Shown here: positions 14,144-14,174 of the stretch, in pieces | Position numbering within the stretch: position 1 is the stretch's first letter | Layout: every line of letters begins with the position of its first letter | DNA from: Terrimicrobiaceae bacterium | GTDB lineage: Bacteria; Verrucomicrobiota; Verrucomicrobiia; Chthoniobacterales; Terrimicrobiaceae | Direction of reading: 5' to 3' | DNA: 14,174 nt | Assembly: GCA_041752695.1 (NCBI GenBank) | Contig: JBGSVZ010000004.1 | Location: forward strand, 1 to 14,174 | Position numbers and translations under genes: made by a program | Notes under the pieces: generated by a model | What the model saw: only the letters and a program-made list of their open reading frames with translations | Databases searched by the model: none | What the model was told of the DNA's origin: nothing

Positions 14144-14174
14144 CCTACTGGTCCGAATTCCGGGGTCCACCTCA
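14144..14174. repeat. IS left terminal inverted repeat (IRL)
   Basis: Reverse complement is TGAGGTGGACCCCGGAATTCGGACCAGTAGG. Confidence 0.9.

Larger units (their letters stand above)
12671..14174 (-). mobile_element. IS3-family insertion sequence, apparently complete (1504 bp)
   Basis: TG...CA ends, imperfect terminal inverted repeats, orfA and orfB in -1 relative frames, DDE integrase core. Confidence 0.95.

Overview
Accessory, mobile-element-like region with no housekeeping genes. Protein styles suggest a Verrucomicrobiota-like host (inference only). From left to right: (i) two diverged copies of a long, densely base-paired non-coding element (1-514 and about 1724-2050) interleaved with three orphan + strand ORFs; (ii) three separate XRE/HTH regulators, each divergent from a cargo unit and each with its own palindromic operator. 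The cargos are an 80-aa protein plus a membrane-anchored protein, a SAM methyltransferase plus a WcaB/CysE-like acetyltransferase, and a SET-domain protein followed by transfer genes; (iii) a 1120-aa secreted repeat protein ending in a caspase/gingipain-like (clan CD) His-Cys domain, translationally coupled to a likely lipoprotein resembling a free-standing FTP/PepSY-type propeptide; (iv) a VirD4/TraD-like coupling ATPase and a Replic_Relax-type relaxase interrupted by a complete IS3-family element, which runs exactly to the window end. The best candidates for undescribed biology are the paralogous structured non-coding elements and the protease plus trans-encoded propeptide pair.
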